Shown: positions 38,873-47,914, numbered from the stretch's first letter. The stretch is 64,000 bases of DNA from an uncultured Ilumatobacteraceae bacterium (GCA_965659595.1 CBFHWN010000001.1:9139-73138); one strand, 5' to 3'. The notes: a model not told the origin generated them from the sequence alone. Numbers and translations are program-made.

Positions 38873-40353
38873 TGGTCGACCTCGACCGACTCGAGGACCA
38901 CACCGTCGTCGTCGTAGGCCGCGTGTCGAGACGGTGGCGACAAAAGGAACGAAGTGATGTCGCGGTCGACCTGCACCCGCGCCGCCTTGATCTTCTTGCG
39001 CATCACTCCGAACGGTGCGTCGGGCAACAGGACGAGTCTGACGCCAGTCCACCGAGCGTCACCCGATGCCCTTTCGAGAGGAGCCGAGGATTTGGCTCGC
39101 TTCCATTTGGGGAAGAGGGTCAGGCGACGTCCTTCGAGGTCGACCTCGATCACGTCGAGGCGCATGTTCGGATGACCGGCGATCGTCAGCGTCTTTCCGG
39201 CCTCGATGGTCGTGAGATCGGGGTACGTGTAATGAACGGACCATTCGTCAGCCGCCACCACCCTCACCTCGGCAATGATTCCCTTGCCGGCCGCCAGCTC
39301 TTCTCGTTGGAGCTCTCGGTCTCCGTGAACCAACAAGAAACGTGCTTCGTCGTCATCGGCCACGCGAGCGTGATACGAACCGGCGGCCGCGCGCGCATTG
39401 TGATCGGTGAACACGTTCGGCCAGTAGGGCGGCAGGCCGGCCGCCTCGTTCATGGCTCTCTCTCCCCACGCCAGGTAGAACGACTTGGCGCTGGATGTCA
39501 CGAGTTTGGCCAGGCCGACGTTCGGACGTCGGCGGTCGGAGCGCAGTTGGGTGATCACTGATGCGGTGAGATTCCATCGACGTTCGAGTTCAGCCGTGAG
39601 CACCTGATGAATCGACCGTGCCGTTGCCTCGGAACGATCTTCGCCCCATGACGACACGAGCGGCTGGAGGTCTCGGCGTTCGCTCTCGGGATCGAGCGCG
39701 GTCGACACCGACAGACGTTCGGCCTCGTGCGCCGCGGCCCAGCGATCGTCGCGTGAACCTTCGGTACGCAGCCAAGCCAACAGGTGACCAAGATGCGCCT
39801 GTCGCACCGGTGACGTGGGGAAGACGTAGGCCGAACGCAAGGCGTCGGTAGCGGTGGCGACCACCTGTTGACCTGGTCGTTGCGCCTCGAGAAACAACGC
39901 GTTGCACAGATTGCCGAGTGCTCGTAACGAAACGACATCGGAACGTTCCCAGCGTGTGCGCGCGTAGGCGGCGGCGAGGAACTGGATCATTTCGAGGTGA
40001 GTGGCTCCGGGCAGCCAGAGTTGGCGCAACGACTGCGTCTGAAAACCGCCCGGACCATCGGCATGCCACTGCGGATGTCGAAAGTGCCGCAGGAAGACGG
40101 GTGCGACGTCGATCATCATGTCGGCGACCAGATCGCGGTTGCGGGCTTCGGGAACCGTGACGACGGTGGGTCCGTCGGCCAACGTTCCGACGGCCACTCC
40201 CCACGGACGGGATTCACCACCCATGCGAAGGAACGCCGCGATCAGAACGTCGTCGTCGCCGGCCACGTGACGATTGATCGAGGCCCCACGATCGGTGGGG
40301 TGCCCGACGTGCCAGGTCTGGATCCGGCGGGTGGTCTCGAGATCGCCGCTCAT
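38869..40353 (-). CDS. Hypothetical protein (494 aa), no recognisable domain
   Basis: Long clean ORF with ATGA overlaps at both ends (40350-40353 and 38869-38872). The composition is protein-like. I found no catalytic or nucleotide-binding motif. Confidence 0.7.
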   Translation of the reverse strand: MSGDLETTRRIQTWHVGHPTDRGASINRHVAGDDDVLIAAFLRMGGESRPWGVAVGTLADGPTVVTVPEARNRDLVADMMIDVAPVFLRHFRHPQWHADGPGGFQTQSLRQLWLPGATHLEMIQFLAAAYARTRWERSDVVSLRALGNLCNALFLEAQRPGQQVVATATDALRSAYVFPTSPVRQAHLGHLLAWLRTEGSRDDRWAAAHEAERLSVSTALDPESERRDLQPLVSSWGEDRSEATARSIHQVLTAELERRWNLTASVITQLRSDRRRPNVGLAKLVTSSAKSFYLAWGERAMNEAAGLPPYWPNVFTDHNARAAAGSYHARVADDDEARFLLVHGDRELQREELAAGKGIIAEVRVVAADEWSVHYTYPDLTTIEAGKTLTIAGHPNMRLDVIEVDLEGRRLTLFPKWKRAKSSAPLERASGDARWTGVRLVLLPDAPFGVMRKKIKAARVQVDRDITSFLLSPPSRHAAYDDDGVVLESVEVDQ

Positions 40354-41429
40354 GGAAGCTCCGGCAATCCGTCGTCGAGTCGGGCGAGCAGATCGCTCTC
40401 GACACGTGTTGTCGGTGCAGCACCGGCGAGAAGTTCGTCGAGTCGCGCGAGCGACACGCCGTTCAGGAATTTCTCGACGTCGTCACCGAGCACGACACCG
40501 CGTCCGAGTTCACGCGCGCGCTCGTGGCAAAATTCGGCCCGTTCACAAAAGGTGAGACACGAATCCTGAAAATACGTGTCCGCGTGGCTCACGAGATCGA
40601 AGAGGGACTCGGGATCGTCGTCGTCTCCCGAGCCGTACTGGCCGTCGAGCAGATGAGCCGACTCCTCCATGAGTTCGAACCCGCGCTCGGCACGCGCGAG
40701 TTGATACGCAAGGTCTTCACCACTGCGCACACTCGGCTGATTGGAGCCTGGGTACGTGAGAACGAGAAATCCAGTGCGCGAGACGTGAACTCGATCGGAC
40801 AGTCCGAGACCGGCAAGGGTGACGTCGAGAGCATGGACGTAAAGGCCCATCTGGGCGCGAGCCGTGGCCAGATCGTGACGGCCGGTGTGGCCACCTTGAT
40901 CGGCGTAGGTCTTGATCTCGCCGACCGCAATCATCGGAGTGGGACCCGAGGTCTGCACAGCTAGGACGTCGATGATGAGAATGGCCTCCGGCAGCATGAT
41001 GCCGCGCGGGATGCGCACCGTGAGACTGGAGACGACACCGTCGAAACGCCGACCCTCAGCGAGAGCGACGAGGAACTCGTGGCCGTGCCGAACAGCATCG
41101 TCAAGATCGACGAGCGAGCCACCGTTGGCGCTCGTACGGTGATCGACGAAATCGGACGACTGCTCGGAGATCACTTCGGCACGAACGAGTGCGTCGAGAA
41201 GGCGTGCTCCCCCGTCACGCACGAGTCCGTCTTCGAAGCTTCGACCGCGTGCGAGGGCGAACACCGATTGTCCGTCACGCGGTGCCGACGGATTCTCACG
41301 GCGAGCGACTGCGCCCATCTTCACGTTGTGCACGGCCGACACGACGTTGGCGTGACACTGCGGGTTACGCGCCCACTGCTCGAAACGACGCCTGGTCTCT
41401 CGAGTCGATCGTTGGTTCGTCCCGTTCAC
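40350..41429 (-). CDS. PD-(D/E)XK nuclease with Cas4/AddB-like four-Cys (iron-staple) signature
   Basis: IIDVLAV (Asp), AVGEIKTY (E-x-K) and ARAQMGLYVHAL (QxxxY). There is one N-terminal Cys (NPQCH) and three C-terminal Cys (CLTFCERAEFC). The GTG start at 41429 has no SD, so the transcript may be leaderless. Confidence 0.7.
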   Translation of the reverse strand: MNGTNQRSTRETRRRFEQWARNPQCHANVVSAVHNVKMGAVARRENPSAPRDGQSVFALARGRSFEDGLVRDGGARLLDALVRAEVISEQSSDFVDHRTSANGGSLVDLDDAVRHGHEFLVALAEGRRFDGVVSSLTVRIPRGIMLPEAILIIDVLAVQTSGPTPMIAVGEIKTYADQGGHTGRHDLATARAQMGLYVHALDVTLAGLGLSDRVHVSRTGFLVLTYPGSNQPSVRSGEDLAYQLARAERGFELMEESAHLLDGQYGSGDDDDPESLFDLVSHADTYFQDSCLTFCERAEFCHERARELGRGVVLGDDVEKFLNGVSLARLDELLAGAAPTTRVESDLLARLDDGLPELP

Positions 41430-41445
41430 GTGGCGAACGTACCAA

Positions 41446-41463
41446 AGGGGTGTGCGAACCCCT
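41446..41463 (-). terminator. Short GC hairpin (AGGGGT-6 nt-ACCCCT, then TTTGG) between the methyltransferase gene and the nuclease operon
   Basis: A perfect 6-bp stem read from the sequence, followed on the minus strand by a weak T-tract. It may be a weak terminator or attenuator. Confidence 0.3.
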
Positions 41464-41481
41464 GAGTGAAGTCGACGCAGC

Positions 41482-42099
41482 TCAGAAGGGCTTCAGGGCG
41501 ACGAATTGGACGACTGAACTCACTCCGTCGTGCAGTGGGCCTTCTTGGATCGGCCGCTCGAGGGAGCGGTGCACGTCGAGTTGCCATCCGGCGAACGCTG
41601 CTTCGAGTTCGGACAGCTCGACCGTGAGGTCGGAGTCCTGCGGGCCGCCCACACCCCGACCGATGTTGGCGGCGTCATACGACTCGACGACGAAACGCCC
41701 TCCTGGCCGCAGAGCGCGTCGGACGTTGTCGTGCTCTTCGATCCGCACTGCGGACGGCACATGACAAAAGATCGAGACGATCGAGTCCACGGCTTCGTCT
41801 CCCATGTCGTAGGTCGCAAGATCGGCCACGCGTGCGTCGATATTCACGCCCCGTTCAGCCGCCAGACGGCGGGCCTTGTCGACCCCGACCGGACTGAGGT
41901 CGATGGTGGTCACCCGATGGCCGAGTTGCGCGAGGAATACACCGTTGCGGCCTTCGCCGTCGCCGAGGACCAAGGTGTCGCCGATCGTCAGGTCACCGGA
42001 GACATCGCGGAGAAAGTCGTTGACTTCGGTGCCGAAGGCGTACTCGTCAGCGCCGTAGCGCTGATCCCAGAACTCACCAGGCGACGACATATCGGTCAT
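41482..42099 (-). CDS. Class I SAM-dependent methyltransferase (small-molecule type, TehB/Methyltransf_11-like)
   Basis: 205 aa from ATG 42099, which makes an ATGA overlap with the upstream stop. Motif I is [11 protein letters not shown], and the N-terminal [14 protein letters not shown] is typical of this family. Confidence 0.85.
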   Translation of the reverse strand: MTDMSSPGEFWDQRYGADEYAFGTEVNDFLRDVSGDLTIGDTLVLGDGEGRNGVFLAQLGHRVTTIDLSPVGVDKARRLAAERGVNIDARVADLATYDMGDEAVDSIVSIFCHVPSAVRIEEHDNVRRALRPGGRFVVESYDAANIGRGVGGPQDSDLTVELSELEAAFAGWQLDVHRSLERPIQEGPLHDGVSSVVQFVALKPF

Positions 42100-44654
42100 A
42101 CGAAGAAGTCGCGTAGCGCAGCGGCCATCTGGTCGCGCACTGGCCGCCCCGACGGCAGCACGTCGACCATGCCGACCGACGTGTGCGTGTGGCCTCGTGC
42201 CTGGATGTGCTGAACCTGAACACCGGCCGCCTTCAGAGCCTGCGCGTAGGCATTGCCCTCGTCCCGCAACGGGTCGTATTGCGCGGTCACGATGGCGACC
42301 GGCGGCAGACCCGCTAGCGACTCGGCGAGGAGCGGCGACGCCTTCGGATGCGAGCGATCCGATGGGTCGGCGTAATGGTTCCAGAACCAATTCATCAACG
42401 CCTTCGTGAGCACGTAGCCCTCACCGTTCTCATGCATCGACGGGTACTCCTTCGAGCCATCGGTGGCCGGAGTCAGGAGCAACTGACCCTTGAGCACTGG
42501 TCCTCCGTTATCGCGGGCCAGCTGGGCCGACACCGTCGCCACGTTGCCACCGGCGCTCCAACCGGCCACGGCGATACGCGCCGGGTCTCCGCCGAGTGAC
42601 GCGGCATTCGCAGCTACCCATTGCAGTGCGGCATAGGCGTCGTCTGCCGCAGCCGGGAAACGATGTTCGGGCGCATGCCGGTAGTTGACGGACACGATCA
42701 CGACACCTGCCTTGACGCACAGGTCACGACACAGTGGATCGTCGGACGTGTGACTGCCGATCACCCAGCCACCGCCGTGGTAGTAGACCACCACCGGATG
42801 CGGTCCGGGCGACGCCGGCCGATAAAGGCGGTATTCGATGGGCCCGTCGGCTCCCGGAAGGGTGCCGTCGACGATCTCTCCCACCTCGGGCCCGGGAGGA
42901 CGTACCGTCGACGACATGTCCATGAACATGCGAGCGTCGGGCGGTGACATCGATTCGATGGGTGGCAAATCCAGCATCGCCATGGCCTCGAGCAGCATTT
43001 CGACGTCGGGCTGAATCTCACGAACCAGGCCCTCGTTCTTCGACGACGCACCCGAACCGGCCAGTTCGAAACCGAGATAATCCCGCGCCCGCACTTCGTC
43101 GCAGATCCTTCGATAGCGGCCGACGCCGCCGATGTAGGGGAACAGAACACGCGGCTTGCCGGGAACATTGGCTCCCATGTACCACGAGTTGGTGTCTTGG
43201 AAGAGTGTGATGTCAGCGCAATCGGCACAGTGCTGACGCCAGCCCTCCTCGGCCATCGGCGTGGGTTCGATCGTGTCAAGGCCCTTGTCGCGCATGTCGA
43301 CGATCGTGTCGCGGATCCACTCCACGTGCTGCTCGATCGACATCATCATGTTCGACAGCACCGACGGGCTTCCCGGACCGGTGATCATGTAGAGGTTGGG
43401 GAAACCCACCGACGTGAGTCCGAGATACGTGAGTGGTCCGTTCTCCCATTTCTCCTTGAGAGTGAGGCCGTCCTTACCAGTGATGTCGACGGCCACGATC
43501 GCACCAGTCATGGCATCGAAACCCGTGGCATAGATGATCGAATCGAACTCCTTCGATTCGTCGCCGAAGTCGATACCGGTCTCGGTGATCGAGCGGATGG
43601 ACTTGGTGTTCAAATCGACCAACCGAACGTGCGGAAGATTGAACGTCTCGTAGTAGTTCGTGTCCATGCACGGACGCTTGGTGCCGTACGGGTATCCCCG
43701 CGGACTGAGAAGTTCGGCCGTCTGAGGATCCTTCACGATCGACCGGATCTTGCCGCGCACGAACTCGGCCACGACCTCATTTGCTTCACGACTCGTGCCG
43801 GCATCCATGAAGGTGGCGCCCACCGCCAGCAACTCACCGCGCTGCCACGATTGCTCGAGGAGAGCATTGGCTTCGTCGCGCGGTATGGCGAGTGCCGACA
43901 CCGTCGACGGAGTGACGGGCACACCCGAATACGAGAGCCGAGACTCGGCTTCGTACGTAGCACGATCGGCCTTCAATCGAGCCGCACGATCGGCCGGCTG
44001 AGGTCCGTTGAGCGCTGGCACCGAGAAGTTGGGTGTGCGCTGGAAGATCACGAGTTCCTTCGCCTGTTCGGCGATGTGCGGAATCGACTGGATACCCGAC
44101 GATCCGGTGCCGATCACCGCCACGCGCTGTCCGGTGAAGTCGACTCCTTCGTGTGGCCAACGGCCCGTCACATAAACCGGGCCCTGATAACGCCCGGTTC
44201 CCGAAATGTCGGGGTCCTTCGGGACCGACAGACAACCGGTGGCCATCACGTAGTGACGACACGTGATCGTCTCCCCCGTCGACGTGTGCACATGCCATCG
44301 CTTGGCGACCTCGTCCCACTCGGCGCTCTCGACCTTCACCTCGAAGTCGATACCCGAATACAGATCGTGCTTCTTCGCGACGAACTGCGCGTACTCGAGG
44401 ATCTCGGGTTGCGCGGCGTGCTTTTCCGACCACGTCCACTGCTCGTGCAGTTCGGGATCCCAGGTGTACTGGTAGTCGGTGGTGGCGATGTCACAACGCG
44501 CACCCGGGTAGCGGTTCCAGTACCACGTGCCGCCGACGTCCTTGCCGGTTTCGAGCACACGCGACGAGAAACCGTTCTTGCGGAGCTCGTGCAACAAATA
44601 CATGCCGGCGAATCCAGCTCCCACCACCACGACGTCGACATCGTTCTTGGCCAT
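42096..44654 (-). CDS. Fusion protein: N-terminal Baeyer-Villiger monooxygenase + C-terminal HSL-family (family IV) alpha/beta-hydrolase esterase
   Basis: BVMO part: [39 protein letters not shown] and [12 protein letters not shown]. Esterase part: [13 protein letters not shown] (HGGG oxyanion hole), GWSAGGN (GxSxG), DPLRDEG (Asp) and GHTH (His). The start is ATG 44654 or GTG 44675. Confidence 0.85.
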   Translation of the reverse strand: MAKNDVDVVVVGAGFAGMYLLHELRKNGFSSRVLETGKDVGGTWYWNRYPGARCDIATTDYQYTWDPELHEQWTWSEKHAAQPEILEYAQFVAKKHDLYSGIDFEVKVESAEWDEVAKRWHVHTSTGETITCRHYVMATGCLSVPKDPDISGTGRYQGPVYVTGRWPHEGVDFTGQRVAVIGTGSSGIQSIPHIAEQAKELVIFQRTPNFSVPALNGPQPADRAARLKADRATYEAESRLSYSGVPVTPSTVSALAIPRDEANALLEQSWQRGELLAVGATFMDAGTSREANEVVAEFVRGKIRSIVKDPQTAELLSPRGYPYGTKRPCMDTNYYETFNLPHVRLVDLNTKSIRSITETGIDFGDESKEFDSIIYATGFDAMTGAIVAVDITGKDGLTLKEKWENGPLTYLGLTSVGFPNLYMITGPGSPSVLSNMMMSIEQHVEWIRDTIVDMRDKGLDTIEPTPMAEEGWRQHCADCADITLFQDTNSWYMGANVPGKPRVLFPYIGGVGRYRRICDEVRARDYLGFELAGSGASSKNEGLVREIQPDVEMLLEAMAMLDLPPIESMSPPDARMFMDMSSTVRPPGPEVGEIVDGTLPGADGPIEYRLYRPASPGPHPVVVYYHGGGWVIGSHTSDDPLCRDLCVKAGVVIVSVNYRHAPEHRFPAAADDAYAALQWVAANAASLGGDPARIAVAGWSAGGNVATVSAQLARDNGGPVLKGQLLLTPATDGSKEYPSMHENGEGYVLTKALMNWFWNHYADPSDRSHPKASPLLAESLAGLPPVAIVTAQYDPLRDEGNAYAQALKAAGVQVQHIQARGHTHTSVGMVDVLPSGRPVRDQMAAALRDFFV

Positions 44655-44753
44655 ACCCCTCGTACCCCCTGCCACCGGTCCCCGACCGGCGACGCCACGA
44701 GTTTCGCAGATCAGCCCCGGTGGCTCAATGTCGACCCGGGGGAAAGGATCGGA

Positions 44754-45158
44754 TCAGACGGCGCCGGTTCGCTTGTCGATGTGGGTTTCGACCAGTTCCA
44801 CCACGTAGCCATCGAGATCGATCACGAAGGCGACGGTCACCGGCCAGCGATCGAGGCGAGTGGGTTCCATCTGCGACGTGGCGCCAGCGGCGATGCAGCG
44901 GTCGTAGATCTCCTGACAGTCGTCGACGTTCATGTAGATCTTCCACAGGGCGAAACCGTGATCTATGAGTTGGCGACTTTCGTAGCGCTCGGCTAGTTGG
45001 AGCCGCCCTCCCCCTTTGTCGGCGGCGAGAACGATCTCGTGAACGTCGGGAATCTCGGTGCGACTCTGCACCTTGAGCCCGATCGCCTCGGTGTAGAAGC
45101 GCTCGGACTTCTCGATGTCATCGACGTAGATGCAGTACTGCCCGACGGTGGTGGCCAT
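44754..45158 (-). CDS. VOC (glyoxalase/bleomycin-resistance/dioxygenase) family protein
   Basis: 134 aa with the paired beta-alpha-beta-beta-beta pattern. The N-terminal YVDDIEKSERFYTEAIGL is typical. Confidence 0.82.
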   Translation of the reverse strand: MATTVGQYCIYVDDIEKSERFYTEAIGLKVQSRTEIPDVHEIVLAADKGGGRLQLAERYESRQLIDHGFALWKIYMNVDDCQEIYDRCIAAGATSQMEPTRLDRWPVTVAFVIDLDGYVVELVETHIDKRTGAV

Positions 45159-45180
45159 GGTCCTCTCCTAGTGGGAACGA

Positions 45181-46515
45181 TCAGAACGGATACAGCGGGA
45201 AATCGTGGCCGGTGAGCCAATGACGACCTACCTCTTTGGCCTGCGCCCAACGAGCGATCAGGTCGTCTTCGCTGCGATCATCGGTGAGCTGACCGAGGTC
45301 GGTGGGCCGGTGGCCGATCCGCTCGGCGATCGGGCGCAGAGTTTCGACGTCGAATCCGAACACGTCGGCCGCCGACTCACCGAGCATGCGACGAGTTTCG
45401 TGCACCGGGATGTCGTGGAACGTCGCCTTCAACGCTTCGAAGGTGGCCGGCCAGGTTCCCTCCGGATGCGGGAAGTCGGTTCCCCACAGCATGTTGTCGA
45501 TACCGATCTCGTATCGCATACCGAGTTCGCGGCGCTTCACGTTCGCTAGACCCGTGAAACAGTTGCGATCGACGATTTCGCTCGGAAGCATGTCGACTTT
45601 TCCGGCGAAGACACCTTTGCCGAGCTTCTCAGCGCCTTTCTGACCCATCCAGAGGCGATCCCACGACCACAGCAACTGCGGCAACCACCAGCACCCGCCC
45701 TCGGTCGCACAGAACTTCAGACCTGGGAAGCGAGTGAACACACCCGACCAGAGCATGAACCACATGGGCCGAGCCGGGAACCACGTCACTTCAGTGACGT
45801 AGATGCCGAGATGGTCGCCGTACAGATCGCGTTCGGCCGAACCCGAGTGCGTCACGATCGGCATCTGGTATTCCTCACACCGCGCCCACACCGGGTCATA
45901 TCGACGATCGTGATACGGAGCCTGATTGCACCAACGGGCGGGAATCATCACAGCACCGAGTCCGTGCTCCTTGGCCCAGTCGATCTCGGCGAGAACGTCG
46001 TCGAGATCGCCCGTGATCGGAACGAGTGCCACGCCGCAGCGACGGCCGGGGCTCGTGGCGACCAGTTCGCTCAACCAACGGTTGTGCGCCTTCGAACCGG
46101 CGAGCCCGAGTTCGGGATCGAGATCGCCCGACAACCCGAGTCCGGCTCCGAACGGGACCGCGGTGCGGCTCTCGACGGCGTCGGCGTCGGGATACACGAC
46201 CTCAGCCGCTACTCCGTCGGCGTCGAGCGTGAGATCGCGACGATCGGCATCCCAGCCGCCAGCGAGTTCTTCACCGTGCTCGTCGAACCAGTTCTGGGCG
46301 AACTTCGAATCGCGTACACCCAACTTGGTGGACGCCTCGATGAGAGCCTGCTGCTGTTCGAGAAATTCGTCGAGCTGCGGCCAGTACTTCTTCTCGAGAT
46401 ACGTGCGGTACTGCTCGGTGGGCAGTCCGGCATGGCTGTCGGCAGCGACGATCACGTACGGATCGTTGACCGATCCATGATCGACCGATGCTGCTCTGTC
46501 CTCGGTGACGGTCAT
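45181..46515 (-). CDS. Amidohydrolase-2 family protein (ACMSD/decarboxylase-hydratase-like)
   Basis: 444 aa with N-terminal ADSHAG and C-terminal WGTDFPHPE metal-ligand contexts. AGGAGG lies upstream of the ATG. Confidence 0.85.
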   Translation of the reverse strand: MTVTEDRAASVDHGSVNDPYVIVAADSHAGLPTEQYRTYLEKKYWPQLDEFLEQQQALIEASTKLGVRDSKFAQNWFDEHGEELAGGWDADRRDLTLDADGVAAEVVYPDADAVESRTAVPFGAGLGLSGDLDPELGLAGSKAHNRWLSELVATSPGRRCGVALVPITGDLDDVLAEIDWAKEHGLGAVMIPARWCNQAPYHDRRYDPVWARCEEYQMPIVTHSGSAERDLYGDHLGIYVTEVTWFPARPMWFMLWSGVFTRFPGLKFCATEGGCWWLPQLLWSWDRLWMGQKGAEKLGKGVFAGKVDMLPSEIVDRNCFTGLANVKRRELGMRYEIGIDNMLWGTDFPHPEGTWPATFEALKATFHDIPVHETRRMLGESAADVFGFDVETLRPIAERIGHRPTDLGQLTDDRSEDDLIARWAQAKEVGRHWLTGHDFPLYPF

Positions 46516-46525
46516 GATGTTCCTC

Positions 46526-47782
46526 CTAGGCCGCGTTCTGCGGGGCGAATGCCGGACACTTGTAGGCCTCGAGCGGAATCTCGGCCCGATCGACGAGTTG
46601 ATGGATATCGGCCACCTTCGGGCCGTACTGCGCGGCCAATGGCGCCAAGGCGTCGAGGTCGAAGCCGTACAGACGGGCGGCGTTGCCGCCGACCATCATC
46701 GCCGTCTCGTCGACTGAGACCGGTCCGAAGGCCAGACGAAGCGCGAGTTCTGAATACGGTGTGCTTGCTTCCTTGTGGGGATAGTCGGCGCCCCACATGA
46801 TGCGATCGACACCGACCTCGTGTCGTAAGAGAACTTCGTTCGGACGGATGAAGCTCGCGCCGATATTGCATTGACGAGCCCAGTACTCACTCGGCTTGGC
46901 GGATAGGCCAGTGACAATCGCCCGGCCCCATTCGGCCTCCTGCGATCCGGTGGCGGTCGCCATGCGATCGAAGAAGAAATCGAGTCGCTTCAACTCGTCG
47001 GGAACCCATGCGGTGCCCTGCTCGGTGAAGACCAACTGGAGGTCGGGGTGGCGATCGAGTGCACCGCCCACAACGAGATGGGTGAGAGCACGATGAGCGA
47101 ACCACGACACTTCGAGCATGAAGATCACCGCGTCGAGATCTTCGGGGCCCATCGGCGGTGATGCGGACCCGGTGTGGTGGTTGAGCGGCATGCCGAGTTC
47201 TTCGCACACCTGCCAGAGCGGCTCGTAGTACGGCTCGTACAACTGCGGGGCTTCACCACCCGGAGGTGTTCCGGGAAGCAACACCCCACCACGAAGACCG
47301 TTCTCGCGAGCCCAACGGATCTCGGCGACAGTTGCGTCCATGTCGAGCATGTTGATCTGCGCCACTCCGGCTCGACGGCCGGGCGTCTCGTTGCAGAAGT
47401 CGGCGAGCCAGCGGTTGTGCGCCTGAAGTCCGGCCCAACGCCTTTCAGCATCGGCTTTCGTCATGGCCGGAGGCTGCGTGGTGAGTGACGACTTCGGGTA
47501 GAAGGGCGGAACGGTGTTCGGGAAGATCACCTCGGCGACGATTCCGTCCTGCAAGAGATCGCCGTCTCGACGGGACGAACTCCAATTGCGCGGACCAAGA
47601 TCACCTTCCAGGTCGGGATACGGATTCTCGTACGATGCCGACCAGGCATCGAAATCGTCGAGCCACTTCGACTCGAGATACGCGCGATAGTCGGGGATGT
47701 CTCCCCCGGCATGACCGTCGGATGACACGACGATGTACCGATCGTCCCCTGCGGAATCGGTGACCACTGCTGATCTTGTCAC
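46526..47782 (-). CDS. Amidohydrolase-2 family protein (paralogue of the downstream gene)
   Basis: 418 aa with SSDGHAG and WGADYPHKE. It is colinear with the 45181-46515 product. The GTG start is preceded by GGAGGGGG. Confidence 0.85.
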   Translation of the reverse strand: MTRSAVVTDSAGDDRYIVVSSDGHAGGDIPDYRAYLESKWLDDFDAWSASYENPYPDLEGDLGPRNWSSSRRDGDLLQDGIVAEVIFPNTVPPFYPKSSLTTQPPAMTKADAERRWAGLQAHNRWLADFCNETPGRRAGVAQINMLDMDATVAEIRWARENGLRGGVLLPGTPPGGEAPQLYEPYYEPLWQVCEELGMPLNHHTGSASPPMGPEDLDAVIFMLEVSWFAHRALTHLVVGGALDRHPDLQLVFTEQGTAWVPDELKRLDFFFDRMATATGSQEAEWGRAIVTGLSAKPSEYWARQCNIGASFIRPNEVLLRHEVGVDRIMWGADYPHKEASTPYSELALRLAFGPVSVDETAMMVGGNAARLYGFDLDALAPLAAQYGPKVADIHQLVDRAEIPLEAYKCPAFAPQNAA

Positions 47783-47858
47783 GACGAGAACCCCCTCCGT
47801 TCGTGCACGACATTTCGACGGTACCAGTCACTGCTAGTCGAGAAAATACCCACTTGCT

Positions 47859-47900
47859 AGGTTCACCACAAACCGGTGCGTCGAGGTTCACCACGAACCG
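47859..47900. repeat. Tandem 17-nt direct repeats AGGTTCACCAC(A/G)AACCG with 25-nt periodicity in a divergent promoter region
   Basis: Copy 1 is at 47859-47875 and copy 2 at 47884-47900, with one mismatch. Copy 2 contains the perfect inverted repeat GGTTC-ACCAC-GAACC. The second copy ends 14 nt before the SDR ATG (47915). Confidence 0.45.
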
Positions 47901-47914
47901 AGGACATTCGATCG

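Noticed and set aside
41482-42099. The methyltransferase next to the nuclease-helicase operon as a possible restriction-modification partner
   Set aside because: It is a 205-aa class I small-molecule-type methyltransferase with no DNA-MTase motifs (no DPPY/NPPY or PCQ). It is ATGA-coupled to the upstream BVMO-esterase gene, and a hairpin separates it from the nuclease operon.
43197-44996. A 599-aa plus-strand ORF, together with similar long shadow ORFs such as 86-1039, 7085-8083, 15002-15952, 16453-17322, 24322-25221, 26971-27990, 30656-32107, 34809-35801, 45811-46800 and 61851-62861
   Set aside because: All of them lie antisense to, or out of frame with, CDSs that carry clear family motifs. 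Their products are low-complexity and Arg/His/Asp-rich, so I treat them as high-GC artefacts.
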